Shown here in pieces: positions 31,944-41,772 of a DNA stretch of 64,000 nt. Each line of letters opens with the position of its first letter. The stretch's first letter is position 1. The DNA is from Candidatus Eiseniibacteriota bacterium (GTDB taxonomy: Bacteria > Eisenbacteria > RBG-16-71-46). The stretch is from assembly GCA_963776245.1 (NCBI GenBank), contig CAVZLN010000008.1:224001-288000 (forward strand). The letters are read 5' to 3'. The notes beneath the pieces were generated by a model, which made no database searches, had not been told where the DNA came from, and saw only the letters and a list, made by a program, of their open reading frames with translations. A program made the position numbers and the translations under genes.

Positions 31944-32815
31944 GCCCCCGCCGCATCGGCATCACCGGCGCCACCGGCTTCATCGGCCGCCACCTGCTCG
32001 CGCACTTCGCCGCCCGCGGCGACGCGGTGGTCGCGTTCCAGCGCGGCCCCGCCGCCGCCGCCCGGCCGCGCGTCACGGTGGTCCCGTTCGTCCTCCCCGA
32101 CCGCTTCGATCCCGGGGACCTCGCGGGGCTCGACGCGATCGTCCATGGCGCGCTGGTGGAGCACGGCCCGGGCACGCCCGACGCCGACGCGATCAATCGC
32201 GAGGGCGCGCGGCGCGTGCTCGCGGCCGCGCGCACCCATGGCGTGCGCGTGGTGTTCCTGTCCACGCTCTCCGCCCATCCGGAAGCCGAGTCCCACTACG
32301 GGCGCAACAAGCTCGAGCTCGAGCGCCTGTTGGATCCGGCGCGCGACACGGTGCTGCGACTGGGGCTGGTGCTCGGAGACGGCGGCCTGTTCGGCGGCAT
32401 GGTGGACGTGCTGCGCGGCGCGCGGGTGGTCCCGCTGGCCGACGGCGGCCGCCAGCCGATCCAGACGCTGTGGATGGGCGACCTGTGCGCGGCGGTCGAG
32501 CACGTCGTGGACCGCGGCCTCGCCGGGAGCTTCGACGTCGCGGCGCCCGAGGTCCACACCCTGCGCGGCCTCCACCAGGCGGTGGCGCGCGGACTGGGGG
32601 TGCGGCGCACGCTGGTCGCCGTGCCGCTGCCGCTGGTCGAGCTGGGCGTCTCGGTGCTCGAAGCGCTGCGGGTGCCGTTCTCGATCCGCCGCGAGAACGT
32701 GCTCGGCCTCAAGCGCCTGCGCGCGTTCGACACCGCGCCCTCGATGCGCGCGCTCGGGATCGAGCACCCGCTGGGGCTCGAGGAGGCGGTGCGCCGCCTG
32801 CTCGCCGGCGCCTGA
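31940..32815 (+). CDS. NAD-dependent epimerase/dehydratase (SDR)
   Basis: ITGATGFIG, YGRNK (YxxxK). Confidence 0.85.
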   Translation: MSPRRIGITGATGFIGRHLLAHFAARGDAVVAFQRGPAAAARPRVTVVPFVLPDRFDPGDLAGLDAIVHGALVEHGPGTPDADAINREGARRVLAAARTHGVRVVFLSTLSAHPEAESHYGRNKLELERLLDPARDTVLRLGLVLGDGGLFGGMVDVLRGARVVPLADGGRQPIQTLWMGDLCAAVEHVVDRGLAGSFDVAAPEVHTLRGLHQAVARGLGVRRTLVAVPLPLVELGVSVLEALRVPFSIRRENVLGLKRLRAFDTAPSMRALGIEHPLGLEEAVRRLLAGA

Positions 32816-32824
32816 CGCCCGCGC

Positions 32825-34003
32825 TCAGCGCGGGCGCGGTCCGAGCAGCTCGCTCAGCACCGCGCGCACGCGCGCGGCTCCCACCTCGATGCCGAACTCG
32901 CGCGGCGCGCGCTCGCGCACGTGCTCACTCATGCGCCGCCGCCGCGGCTCGTCGTCCAGCAGGAGGTTCACGCCGTCCGCGAGCGCCGCGGGATCGCGCG
33001 GCGGGACCAGCCAGCCGTCCTCACCGTCCCGCACGAAGTCGGGGATGGCGCCCACCGCCGTCACCACCAGCGGCAGCCCGGCCGCCATCGCCTCCGGGAT
33101 CACGAGCGGGAAGGCCTCGGTCCACGAGGGCGAGACGAACACCGAGGAGGAGGCGTAGGCGAGGACGCGGTCCCGCCCTTCGAGCGAGCCGAGGAACGTG
33201 ACCCGGCCGGACCATCCGCTTCGCGCGACCGCCTCGCGCAGCGCCGGTTCGTGCGCTTCGCTCTCGGCCACGCCGCACAACACGAAGCGCGCCTCGGGAT
33301 GGCGCGCGAGCACCGCGGGGATGGCCGCGAACAGGTCGTACACGCCCTTGGGGGCCGACAGCCGTCCCATGAAGAGCACCCCGCGCTCGCCCGCCGCCAG
33401 CCACGGCGCGGGTGAGCCCGGCGGCAGCGCGCGGAACTCCTCGACATCGACCAGGTTCGGCGACCACGCGAGGTCGGGGCGATGCCACGCGGCGGCGAAG
33501 CGGTCGCGATAGGTCGGCCCCAGCACGATCACGCGCTGGGCCGCCGCCATCATCAGCCGGCCGGCCAGCCGGCCGAACCGGCGCTCGGGCGAGGGGAACA
33601 CGGTGTGGGTGGTGCCGTGGTAGTGGCAGACCACGCGCGCGCCCAGCAGGCGCGCGATCGCCATCATCGCCCAGTCGCGCGTAAACGAGACGCCCGAGGC
33701 GGCGTGGACGTAGACCACGTCCGGGCGCAGCCGGAGGATCGCGCGCGCCAGCGCGCCCGCGTGCCGCAGGAAGTCCACCGCGCTGCGCCACGACTGCCGC
33801 TCGACCGCCCATCGCAGGCGTTTCTTCGAGGTGTCCACGGTGTGGATCTCGAAGTCCCGCGCGAGGCTCGAGCCCAGGAGCATCGCGTTCATCAACTGCA
33901 CGCCGCCCAGCGGCGGCGGCAGCGGACCGACCGCGAGCAGGCGCGGACGGCGTTCCGGCGGGGAGGCCGGACCCGGGGAGGGCGGCGCCGGCGGACTCAC
34001 CAC
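32825..34003 (-). CDS. Glycosyltransferase family 4
   Basis: GPLPPPLGG, FMGRLSAPKG, EAFPLVIPEAM. Confidence 0.88.
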   Translation of the reverse strand: MVSPPAPPSPGPASPPERRPRLLAVGPLPPPLGGVQLMNAMLLGSSLARDFEIHTVDTSKKRLRWAVERQSWRSAVDFLRHAGALARAILRLRPDVVYVHAASGVSFTRDWAMMAIARLLGARVVCHYHGTTHTVFPSPERRFGRLAGRLMMAAAQRVIVLGPTYRDRFAAAWHRPDLAWSPNLVDVEEFRALPPGSPAPWLAAGERGVLFMGRLSAPKGVYDLFAAIPAVLARHPEARFVLCGVAESEAHEPALREAVARSGWSGRVTFLGSLEGRDRVLAYASSSVFVSPSWTEAFPLVIPEAMAAGLPLVVTAVGAIPDFVRDGEDGWLVPPRDPAALADGVNLLLDDEPRRRRMSEHVRERAPREFGIEVGAARVRAVLSELLGPRPR

Positions 34004-34004
34004 G

Positions 34005-36194
34005 TCAGTGGGGCGCGTACGGGAAATGGGTGTCCATCAGGACCACGCGTCGCTCCCGGATCGAGCGCTGCGCGGCGAGCAGCGCCTGCGCGGCGACCAC
34101 GAACGAGTCGGTCTCGTCGGCCGCGCCGGGCGCCCGCCGGAACTGCGCGAACATGCGCTCGAGCATGTCGCGCTGGCCGAGGTCGGGCTGCAGCCTCGAG
34201 GCCTGGCGGGGCGCCCCGCCCCCGCGCAGCGCGAGCCGGCGGAATCCCGCGAGCCGCGCCGAACGTCCGCCGCCCAGGAGCTCGACCGATTCGCGCTCGA
34301 GGCCCTGCTGGCTGCCGCAGGTGTAGTTCACGGACGCCAGTCCGCCGCTGGCGAAGCGCATCTGGACCGCCCAGGCCTCCTCGCGGCGCCCCGGGTCGGG
34401 GGTCGCGAGCGCGTGCACCTCGACCGGGAGGCTGCGCGCGAACCAGATCGCGAGGTCGATGAAGTGGCAGGCGTCTCCGAACAGCACGCCGCCGCCCTCG
34501 ATGGGATCCTGGTACCAGGAGTCCGCCGGGATCCCGGCCGAGCGCACGGTGATCGCGACCTGCCGCACCGCGACCCCGTCGAAGTGCGCCAGCGCCTGGC
34601 GGCTGAGCGGCGCGTAGCGGCGATTGTGTCCCATCCACAGCGTCGGTCCGTCCGGGCCCCGCCCGGCCAGCGCCTCGATCACCGGCGCGAGCTGCTCGTC
34701 GCTCAGCGCGAGCGGCTTCTCGACGTATACGTGCTTCCCCGCGCGCAGCGCCTCGGCGGTGTAGCGCGCGTGGCTGTCGTGGCGGGTGGCGATCATCACC
34801 GCGTTGACCCGCTCGTCCGTCATCACCTGCGCCGTGTCGGTGGTGGCGAGGCGGAACCCGTAGCGCTTCGCGAGCGCCTCCGCGTTCGCCCCGCGGGCGG
34901 TGCAGATGGCCTCCAGCCCCACGCCCGGGAATCCCGGCAGGTGCGGGAGGATCATCGATTTCACGTAATTGCCGGCGCCGATGACCCCCAGTCGCACGTC
35001 GCCCTGCGCGTGGGTCCCGGGGAACGTGAGGGAGCGCGGCCCGCCGGCCGGGGCGGTGGTCTCGGCGTCCGGATACTCGAACACGATGCCGACCGCCGAC
35101 GCCAGCGCTCCGGACGCGATGCGGTCGAACACCGCGGGCGCCTCGGCGAACGGGAAGCGATGGGTCACCAGCCGGCCGAGATCCAGCTGTCCGCGCGCGA
35201 TCAGGTCGAGGAACGAGCCCATGTTGCGGTTCGCCGTCCAGCGCACGTAGGCCGCCGGGTAGTCCTTCGCGCGCATCGTGTAGTCGCCGTCGTACATCCC
35301 CGCGCCCATCGCCCGGCTGAACCGGAAGTCGATCTCCTTGCCGAACCAGGTGCGCCAGTCGAGCTCGATGTGCGTGTTGCCGAGGCACACCACGCGGCCG
35401 CGCTCGCGCACGATCGCGGCCGCCATCTCGATCGGTCCATTGTCCTTCACCGCCGGCGTCAGCATCACCGCGTCCACGCCCAGCCCCTCGCTGGCGCGCA
35501 GGGTGTGGTGGAGCGCCTCCTCGAGCGCGGGCGGGCACGCCGCCTCGGCGCCGTTCTGGAGCGCGAGCGCCTGCTTGCCCGGATCCGGATCCACGCCCAC
35601 CACCCGGCAGCCGTTCGCGTGAGCGAGCTGGACCAGGAACTGGCCGAGCAGCCCGAGCCCGATCACCGCCACGGTCTCGCCCAGCTCGAGGTGCGCCTGG
35701 CGCACCCCCTGCAGCGCGATCGCTCCGACCGCGGCGCTGCACGCGTGGTCGAGCCGCACCCCGTCCGGCACCGCGACCACCAGATTGCGCGGCACCGCGT
35801 TGTACTCGGCATGCGTGGCGATGGCCTCGCCGATCGCCGCCACGCGGTCGCCGACCCGGAAGTCCTCGACCTGCGCCCCCACCGCGACCACGGTCCCGGC
35901 GCACGAGTAGCCCAGCGTGGCGGGGGCCTTGAGGCGCTCCTGCACCTTGCGCCACGTCGGCATCAGGCCCTGTTCCTTCATGGTCTGGAGCACCTGGCGC
36001 ACCTGGTCGGGGCGCTCGGCGGCCTTGCCGGCGAGGCTCAGCCGGGCCTGCGTGACCTTCATCTTCTCGGTGCCGACGCTCACGAACGAGTAGTGGGTGC
36101 GGATCAGCACGTCGCCGGGCGCGACCGCGGGAAGGGGCACCTCGCTCACGTCGAGCGTGCCGTCCCTGAGGTACTGGCGGATCTGCTTCAACAC
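34005..36194 (-). CDS. Bi-domain oxidoreductase (MDR dehydrogenase + Gfo/Idh/MocA)
   Basis: VSVGTE, LGYSCAG, GLGLLG; second domain IGAGNY, HVYVEKPL, HNRR, CHFID; GAGGAG RBS. Confidence 0.88.
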   Translation of the reverse strand: MLKQIRQYLRDGTLDVSEVPLPAVAPGDVLIRTHYSFVSVGTEKMKVTQARLSLAGKAAERPDQVRQVLQTMKEQGLMPTWRKVQERLKAPATLGYSCAGTVVAVGAQVEDFRVGDRVAAIGEAIATHAEYNAVPRNLVVAVPDGVRLDHACSAAVGAIALQGVRQAHLELGETVAVIGLGLLGQFLVQLAHANGCRVVGVDPDPGKQALALQNGAEAACPPALEEALHHTLRASEGLGVDAVMLTPAVKDNGPIEMAAAIVRERGRVVCLGNTHIELDWRTWFGKEIDFRFSRAMGAGMYDGDYTMRAKDYPAAYVRWTANRNMGSFLDLIARGQLDLGRLVTHRFPFAEAPAVFDRIASGALASAVGIVFEYPDAETTAPAGGPRSLTFPGTHAQGDVRLGVIGAGNYVKSMILPHLPGFPGVGLEAICTARGANAEALAKRYGFRLATTDTAQVMTDERVNAVMIATRHDSHARYTAEALRAGKHVYVEKPLALSDEQLAPVIEALAGRGPDGPTLWMGHNRRYAPLSRQALAHFDGVAVRQVAITVRSAGIPADSWYQDPIEGGGVLFGDACHFIDLAIWFARSLPVEVHALATPDPGRREEAWAVQMRFASGGLASVNYTCGSQQGLERESVELLGGGRSARLAGFRRLALRGGGAPRQASRLQPDLGQRDMLERMFAQFRRAPGAADETDSFVVAAQALLAAQRSIRERRVVLMDTHFPYAPH

Positions 36195-36409
36195 TCCTCC
36201 TCGATGGACGACGCACGGGGGCGGAGGGTGTCCGAGCCACGCGACCGCTTCCCGACACGGGGGAGCCGCATGCTAGCAGACCCCGCGGCCGGGGGCATTC
36301 CGGCCCCTCCGGATGGTGGCGCGACGCCATCGCGCGGAGGGTCCGTGCACGGTCGGGACGCACCCGCGGGTGGCCCGGGGGCGGCACGTCCTGTATCCTC
36401 GAGGTCCGC

Positions 36410-37888
36410 ATGAGCCCATTCCCCGTCGCCATCCATCGGTCGGAGCGCGCGGCCTACCCCGCGCGCGCGCCGTTCCACCCGCCGGCGCGTTACCCCGAAC
36501 TGCCCGAAGGTCTCGAGCTCGACCCCACCAACACCGCGTACGCGGCGGTGCGCGACGCACTGTCGCTGCTCGGGCTCGACCGCGAGCACGCCGGGACGCG
36601 CGACTGGAACCCGCTCGGCGCGCTGGTGAAGCCGGGCGACACCGTGTTCCTCAAGCCCAACATGATCGCGCACCGCCACCGGCTGCGCGACGAGTGGGAC
36701 GATGTCATCACCCACGGCTCGGTGATCCGGGCGGTGATGGACTACGTCCGCCTCGCGCTCCACGGCGAGGGCGCGATCCTGATCGGGGACGCGCCGCAGA
36801 CCGACTCCCGGTGGGACGGACTGATGGAGCGGATGGGACTGCCCGAGATCCGGGACTGGTACCGGGCGCGCCACGGGTTCCCGATCGAGCTGCTCGACCT
36901 GCGCGACGAGCACCACGTGGAGCGGGACGGGATCTACGTCGAGACCGTGCGCCTGCCGGGGGACCCGCGCGGGGGCGTCGCCGTGGATCTGGCCGACGAC
37001 AGCATGTTCCGCGAGCTGGACGCGCAGGGGAAGCGCTACTACGGCGCGTACTACGACTGGAAGGAGACCAACGCCCATCAGCGCGCCGGCCGCCACGAGT
37101 ACGCCGTCTCGCGCTCCCCCCTGACCGCCGACGTGTTCATCAATCTGCCGAAGCTCAAGACCCACAAGAAGTGTGGGATGACCGTCAATCTGAAGAGCCT
37201 GGTGGGGATCAACGCCAACAAGAACTGGCTCCCCCACTACGCCTTCGGCGCGCCCGCGGACGGCGGCGACCAGTTCGATCGCGCCACGCTCAAGACGCGG
37301 CTCGAGAACTGGGTGGTGATGCCGGCCAAGCAGCTCCTGCTCGCCGACCTGCCCCTGTTCAAGGGCCTTGCGCGGCGCACCAAGCAGGTGGGCTACGACG
37401 TGTTCGGCGGGACCGAGGAAGTGGTGCGCTCGGGCAACTGGCATGGCAACGACACGGTGTGGCGCATGTGCCTCGACCTCCACCGCATCCTGCTCTACGG
37501 CGAGCCGGACGGCTCGATGCGGGCGGCGGGCGCCGCCAAGCGCTACTTCTCGGTGGTGGACGGCATCGTGGCGATGGAGGGCAACGGCCCGGTGGCCGGG
37601 GACCGCCGCGAGGCCGGGCTGATCGTCGCCGGCGCGAACCCGGTCGCGGTGGACGCCGTGTGCGCGCGGGTGATGGGTTTCGATCCGCAGCGCCTGGCGC
37701 TGGTGCGCCGCGCCTTCGAGCCCCACCGGTGGCCGCTGATCGACGGCACCGAGGCCGACATCGCGCCCATCAGCGACGTGCCGGCGTGGGATCGTCCGCT
37801 GGCGGCGTGGCGGCTCGAGGACACCCTGCGGTTCCGCCCGCACTTCGGCTGGACCGGGGCGATCGAGTGGGGCCCGCCGCGCCCCTGA
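36410..37888 (+). CDS. DUF362 domain protein
   Basis: VFLKPN, ITH, INLPKLKTHKK..TVNLK, VDGIVAMEGNGP, NPVAVD. Confidence 0.85.
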   Translation: MSPFPVAIHRSERAAYPARAPFHPPARYPELPEGLELDPTNTAYAAVRDALSLLGLDREHAGTRDWNPLGALVKPGDTVFLKPNMIAHRHRLRDEWDDVITHGSVIRAVMDYVRLALHGEGAILIGDAPQTDSRWDGLMERMGLPEIRDWYRARHGFPIELLDLRDEHHVERDGIYVETVRLPGDPRGGVAVDLADDSMFRELDAQGKRYYGAYYDWKETNAHQRAGRHEYAVSRSPLTADVFINLPKLKTHKKCGMTVNLKSLVGINANKNWLPHYAFGAPADGGDQFDRATLKTRLENWVVMPAKQLLLADLPLFKGLARRTKQVGYDVFGGTEEVVRSGNWHGNDTVWRMCLDLHRILLYGEPDGSMRAAGAAKRYFSVVDGIVAMEGNGPVAGDRREAGLIVAGANPVAVDAVCARVMGFDPQRLALVRRAFEPHRWPLIDGTEADIAPISDVPAWDRPLAAWRLEDTLRFRPHFGWTGAIEWGPPRP

Positions 37889-37919
37889 CGGGCGCCGCGC
37901 GCGCGCGGCGCCGGCCGGT

Positions 37920-38819
37920 TCACGCCATGTCGCGCAGCGAGCGCTCGAGCGGGAGCGTGGCGCTCCAGCCGGTGGCCGCGCGCAGCGCGGAGGCGTCCCC
38001 GACCTGCTCGAGCACCTCCACGGCCCGCACCCGCGCCGGATCCACGACGATGCGCGCCTCCACCCCGGCGGCCGCGAGCACCTGCTCGAGCAGCGCGCGC
38101 ACCGCCACCGGACGCCCCGAGGCCACGTTGAACACGCGGCCGCGCAGGTCCTCGCGCTCCAGCAGCTCGAGGTAGGCGCGCACCGCGTCGCGCACGTCCA
38201 CGAAGTCCCGGCGCGGCTCGAGCGCACCCACGTGGATCGCGCCGTCGCCTTCCCCGGCGCGCAGCGCGCGCGCCTGGGCCATGAAGTCCGAGGGCGCGAA
38301 CCCCGCGCGCAGGCCGGGGCCGACCAGGTTGAACGGACGCGCGACCGTGACCGGCAGCAGGCCGCGGCGGTGCATCGACAGCGCGGCGTGCTCGGCCGCG
38401 GCCTTGCTGGCGCCGTAGGGCGTGACCGGACGCAGCGGGGTGTCCTCGCGCACCGGCGATTCCTCGGCGCGCGTGAGGCCGTACACCGCCGCGCTCGAGA
38501 CCACCACCACCGCGGGAGGCCGGGGCTGCGCGGCGCACGCCTCGAGCAGATGCCGCGTCGCGTCCAGGTTGACGGCCCAGCAGCGGTCGACGTCCTGCGA
38601 GCTCACCCCGGCGAGGTGGAGCACGCGCTCCGGACGGACCTGGTCGAGCAGCGCGCGGACCGCGCCCGGCGCGGCGAGGTCGAGGGAGGCGTAGCGCAGC
38701 CCCGCCGGCCCCTGCGCGGCGAGGTCGGTGCCCCACGCCTCGAGGTCCCGCCCGGTGAGGGCGTCCAGCAGGTGCCGGGCGGTGAACGACGCCGCACCGG
38801 TGATGAGCAGGCGCGTCAT
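37920..38819 (-). CDS. NAD-dependent epimerase/reductase (GDP-sugar RMD/GMD-like)
   Basis: ITGAASFTA, HLAG, SSAAVYG, YGASK, RPFNLVGP, RDFVDVRD. Confidence 0.85.
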   Translation of the reverse strand: MTRLLITGAASFTARHLLDALTGRDLEAWGTDLAAQGPAGLRYASLDLAAPGAVRALLDQVRPERVLHLAGVSSQDVDRCWAVNLDATRHLLEACAAQPRPPAVVVVSSAAVYGLTRAEESPVREDTPLRPVTPYGASKAAAEHAALSMHRRGLLPVTVARPFNLVGPGLRAGFAPSDFMAQARALRAGEGDGAIHVGALEPRRDFVDVRDAVRAYLELLEREDLRGRVFNVASGRPVAVRALLEQVLAAAGVEARIVVDPARVRAVEVLEQVGDASALRAATGWSATLPLERSLRDMA

Positions 38820-39556
38820 CGGGGCGGAGCGGACGCCGTTCCCGGATCGCCCTCCCGCAGGAACTCCGCGCGGTGCGCCTCGAAGGTCTCGAGCGCCTCC
38901 GCGTAGTCGTCGGCGCGCCCGATGTCGAGCCAGCGGCAGGGCTGTTCGAACGTGGCGACCGTCTCCCCCGCCTGCTTCAACCGCATCATCAGGTCCGGCA
39001 TCCCGAGCGCCTCGTCCGCGCCGATCGCGTCCAGCGCGCGCGGCTCCAGGATGTTGATGCCCATGCTCACCGCGTAGTGGATCTCGGGCTTCTCGATGTA
39101 GCGCTCCAGGGTGCCGTCGCGGGCGGTCTCCACCACGCCGTAGTCGATCCGCACGCTGCGCCGGTGCATCGCGATGGTCGCCAGCGCCCCGGCCCGGCGG
39201 TGGTGCGCCAGCATCGCGCCATAGTCCAGGGTCGTGAGCACATCCCCGTTCATGACCAGGAAGGTGTCGTCGAGCCCTCGCACCAGCCGCAGCGGTCCCG
39301 CCGTCGAGAGCGACCGGTCCTCGCGCGAGTAGTCGATCCGCATGCCGAGCCGCTCACCGTTCCCGAAGAACGCCTCGATCAGCTCCGCCAGGTACGACAC
39401 CGCGAGCGTGATGCGGGTGAACCCGCTCGCTTTGAGCTGGCGCAGCACGATCTCGAGGATCGGCATCTCGCCGATCGGCATCAGGGGCTTGGGGAAGATG
39501 GTGGTGTAGGGACGCAGGCGCGTGCCCTTGCCGCCGGCCAGGATCACCGCACGCAT
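38816..39556 (-). CDS. Sugar-phosphate nucleotidyltransferase
   Basis: ILAGGKGTRLRPYT, PKPLMPIG, VMNGD, WLDIG. Confidence 0.9.
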   Translation of the reverse strand: MRAVILAGGKGTRLRPYTTIFPKPLMPIGEMPILEIVLRQLKASGFTRITLAVSYLAELIEAFFGNGERLGMRIDYSREDRSLSTAGPLRLVRGLDDTFLVMNGDVLTTLDYGAMLAHHRRAGALATIAMHRRSVRIDYGVVETARDGTLERYIEKPEIHYAVSMGINILEPRALDAIGADEALGMPDLMMRLKQAGETVATFEQPCRWLDIGRADDYAEALETFEAHRAEFLREGDPGTASAPPR

Positions 39557-39569
39557 GTGGGTCGCTCCT

Positions 39570-40565
39570 TCATACGGTGTAGAGGCCGGGCTTGTAGTCC
39601 CCGAGGTGGCGGCCGATCCACTCCGCGGTGCGCCGCACCCCGTCCTCGAGGCTCACGCGACTGCTCCAGCCGAGCCGCTCGCGCGCGACCGTCGCGTCGG
39701 CGATCAGCGCCATCACCTCGCTGCGATCGGGGCGCACGCGCGCGGCCTCGATCTCGACGCGCGGGCTGCGGCCGGTGACCCGCAGCGCGAGATCGAGCAG
39801 TTCGCGCATGGTGACGCCGCGCCCGCTGCCCAGATTGACCGTCAGCCCTTCGATGCCCGGCGCGATGGCGGCGGCGAGGAAGCCCGCCACCGTGTCCGCG
39901 ACGTAATTCATGTCGCGCACCGGATCGAGCGAGCCCACGCGCACCACGTCCGCGGTGAGCGCCTGGGTGAGCACGGTGGGCAGGAAGGCGCGCGCCGACT
40001 GGCGCGGTCCGTAGGTGTTGAACGGGCGCACGGTCACCACCGGGGTCTCGAACGAGCACCGGTAGGCCTCCGCCAGCTTGTCCGCCCCGATCTTGCTGGC
40101 CGAGTACGGCGATTGCCCCTGGAGCGGATGCCCCTCGTCGATCGGGGTGTAGCGCGCGGTGCCGTAGGTCTCGCTGGTCGAGGTATGGAGCAGGCGGCGT
40201 ACGTCGTGGCGGCGCACCGCCTCGAGCACGTGGAGGGTCCCGCGCACGTTGGTGTCGACGTACTCCGAGGGCGCGAGATACGAATACGGGATCGGGATGA
40301 GCGCAGCGAGATGGAACACGCAGTCCGTGCCGGCGACCGCGCGATCGACCAGGAACGGGTCCCGCAGGTCGCCCGCCATCACCTCGACGGCCGCCCGCGC
40401 CCCGGGATCGATGCGCTCGAGGTGGCCCCAGTCGTCCCGCGAGTTGTAGTGCACGAGCGCGCGCACCCGCGCGCCCGCCACCACCAGCGCCTCCACCAGA
40501 TGGCTGCCGATGAACCCGCCGGCGCCGGTGACCAGCACCGGGCGGCCCTCGAGATCCTGCGACAT
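39570..40565 (-). CDS. NAD-dependent 4,6-dehydratase, LegB-like
   Basis: GGAGG RBS; VTGAGGFIGSH, HLAALIPIPYSY, TSTSETYG, QSPYSASK, RPFNTYGPRQSARA. Confidence 0.88.
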   Translation of the reverse strand: MSQDLEGRPVLVTGAGGFIGSHLVEALVVAGARVRALVHYNSRDDWGHLERIDPGARAAVEVMAGDLRDPFLVDRAVAGTDCVFHLAALIPIPYSYLAPSEYVDTNVRGTLHVLEAVRRHDVRRLLHTSTSETYGTARYTPIDEGHPLQGQSPYSASKIGADKLAEAYRCSFETPVVTVRPFNTYGPRQSARAFLPTVLTQALTADVVRVGSLDPVRDMNYVADTVAGFLAAAIAPGIEGLTVNLGSGRGVTMRELLDLALRVTGRSPRVEIEAARVRPDRSEVMALIADATVARERLGWSSRVSLEDGVRRTAEWIGRHLGDYKPGLYTV

Positions 40566-40626
40566 GCGTCCTCCCATCACGGCGATCCATTTCCGGCGCG
40601 CGAGTATAGCATCCGCGCGTCGGCGT

Positions 40627-41772
40627 TCAGCGGCGGCGGCGCGACCGCACCTGCGCGAGCAGCGCGTCCAGCTCACGGGTGAGCGTGCCGAGCACGCGCT
40701 CGGGCGTGTGATGCTCCTCGACATAGCGCCGCGCCCGCCCACCTGCTTTCCGACGCGTTTCCGGGTCCCCCATCAGCCGTTCGACGGTCTCGACCAGGAA
40801 GGGGAAGTCCGTCGCGACCGCGCCGAGGCGCAGGCGCGTGACCAGCGCGTCCGGGTTCACCGACGACACCGTGGGCAGTCCCAGCGCCCAGGCTTCGAGC
40901 ATGACGTTCGAGAAGCCCTCGACCGGGGAGGTATGGACCACCAGCGAGGCGGTGCGCATCAGTCGCTCCAGTTCCTCCCCGGTCTGGAATCCGCGCACCT
41001 CGAGGTTGGGGCATTCGCGGGCCTGCGCCACTGCGGCATCCCAGTGACTGCGACTGAGCGGCGGCGGCGGCACCACCCCGGCCATCAGGAACCGGCGGTG
41101 AGGGAGCTCGCGCGCCAGCCGCGTGAACCACTCCGGCCGCTTGATCGACTTGTAGGTGCCGAGCCACATGACGTGGCCATCCTGCCCCGCGTCCACCAGC
41201 GATGCCGGCAGCTCGATGAGATTGGGGAGCAACTGACTCTCGACACCATGGTTCCGCTGGAACGCCTCGCGTTGGTGCTCGGTCTGCGCGAACAGCCGGT
41301 CGGCATCGCGCAGCGCCCGGCGGTACCACGCCCGGTCCCGGAGGCCATAGCGCTTGAGATCCTTGAGCACGTCGTAGTCGCTCATCGCGTGGAGCGCGAA
41401 TCCCGCGCCCCGCACACGCGCCAGGTCGTGCGTGAGTCCGGCGGGCATCCCCGCGCCGACCACGTAGTAGATCTCGGCGTCGGCGCGCGCCAGGGCGCGG
41501 ATGGCGAGCGAGAGGCGCGGATGGAAGAAGCGCAGCACCGGGAGGCCGCCCGCGACCGGGAAGGCCCGGTGCACGGTGATGCCGTCGATCACCACGGTCG
41601 CGGGCTGGCCGAAGTCGCAGGTCACGAGCTGGACGTCGTAGCCCCGCTCGACCAGGCCGCGCGCGAGCAGCACGACGAGCATCTCGGCCCCTCCGGCGAA
41701 GTCCCCGGCGGTCGCGTCCAGCACCGGGTAGGCGCGCTCGGAATAGAAGCAGATGCGCCCGCGGGCGGTCAC
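40627..41772 (-). CDS. Glycosyltransferase family 4
   Basis: GGAE, KRPE, EGFSNVMLEAW. Confidence 0.85.
   Translation of the reverse strand: MTARGRICFYSERAYPVLDATAGDFAGGAEMLVVLLARGLVERGYDVQLVTCDFGQPATVVIDGITVHRAFPVAGGLPVLRFFHPRLSLAIRALARADAEIYYVVGAGMPAGLTHDLARVRGAGFALHAMSDYDVLKDLKRYGLRDRAWYRRALRDADRLFAQTEHQREAFQRNHGVESQLLPNLIELPASLVDAGQDGHVMWLGTYKSIKRPEWFTRLARELPHRRFLMAGVVPPPPLSRSHWDAAVAQARECPNLEVRGFQTGEELERLMRTASLVVHTSPVEGFSNVMLEAWALGLPTVSSVNPDALVTRLRLGAVATDFPFLVETVERLMGDPETRRKAGGRARRYVEEHHTPERVLGTLTRELDALLAQVRSRRRR

Noticed and set aside
36195..36409. Possible third copy of the leader motif (CCCCCGTGCGTCG) before the bi-domain oxidoreductase
   Set aside because: Only a short C-run match; flanking blocks and terminator absent
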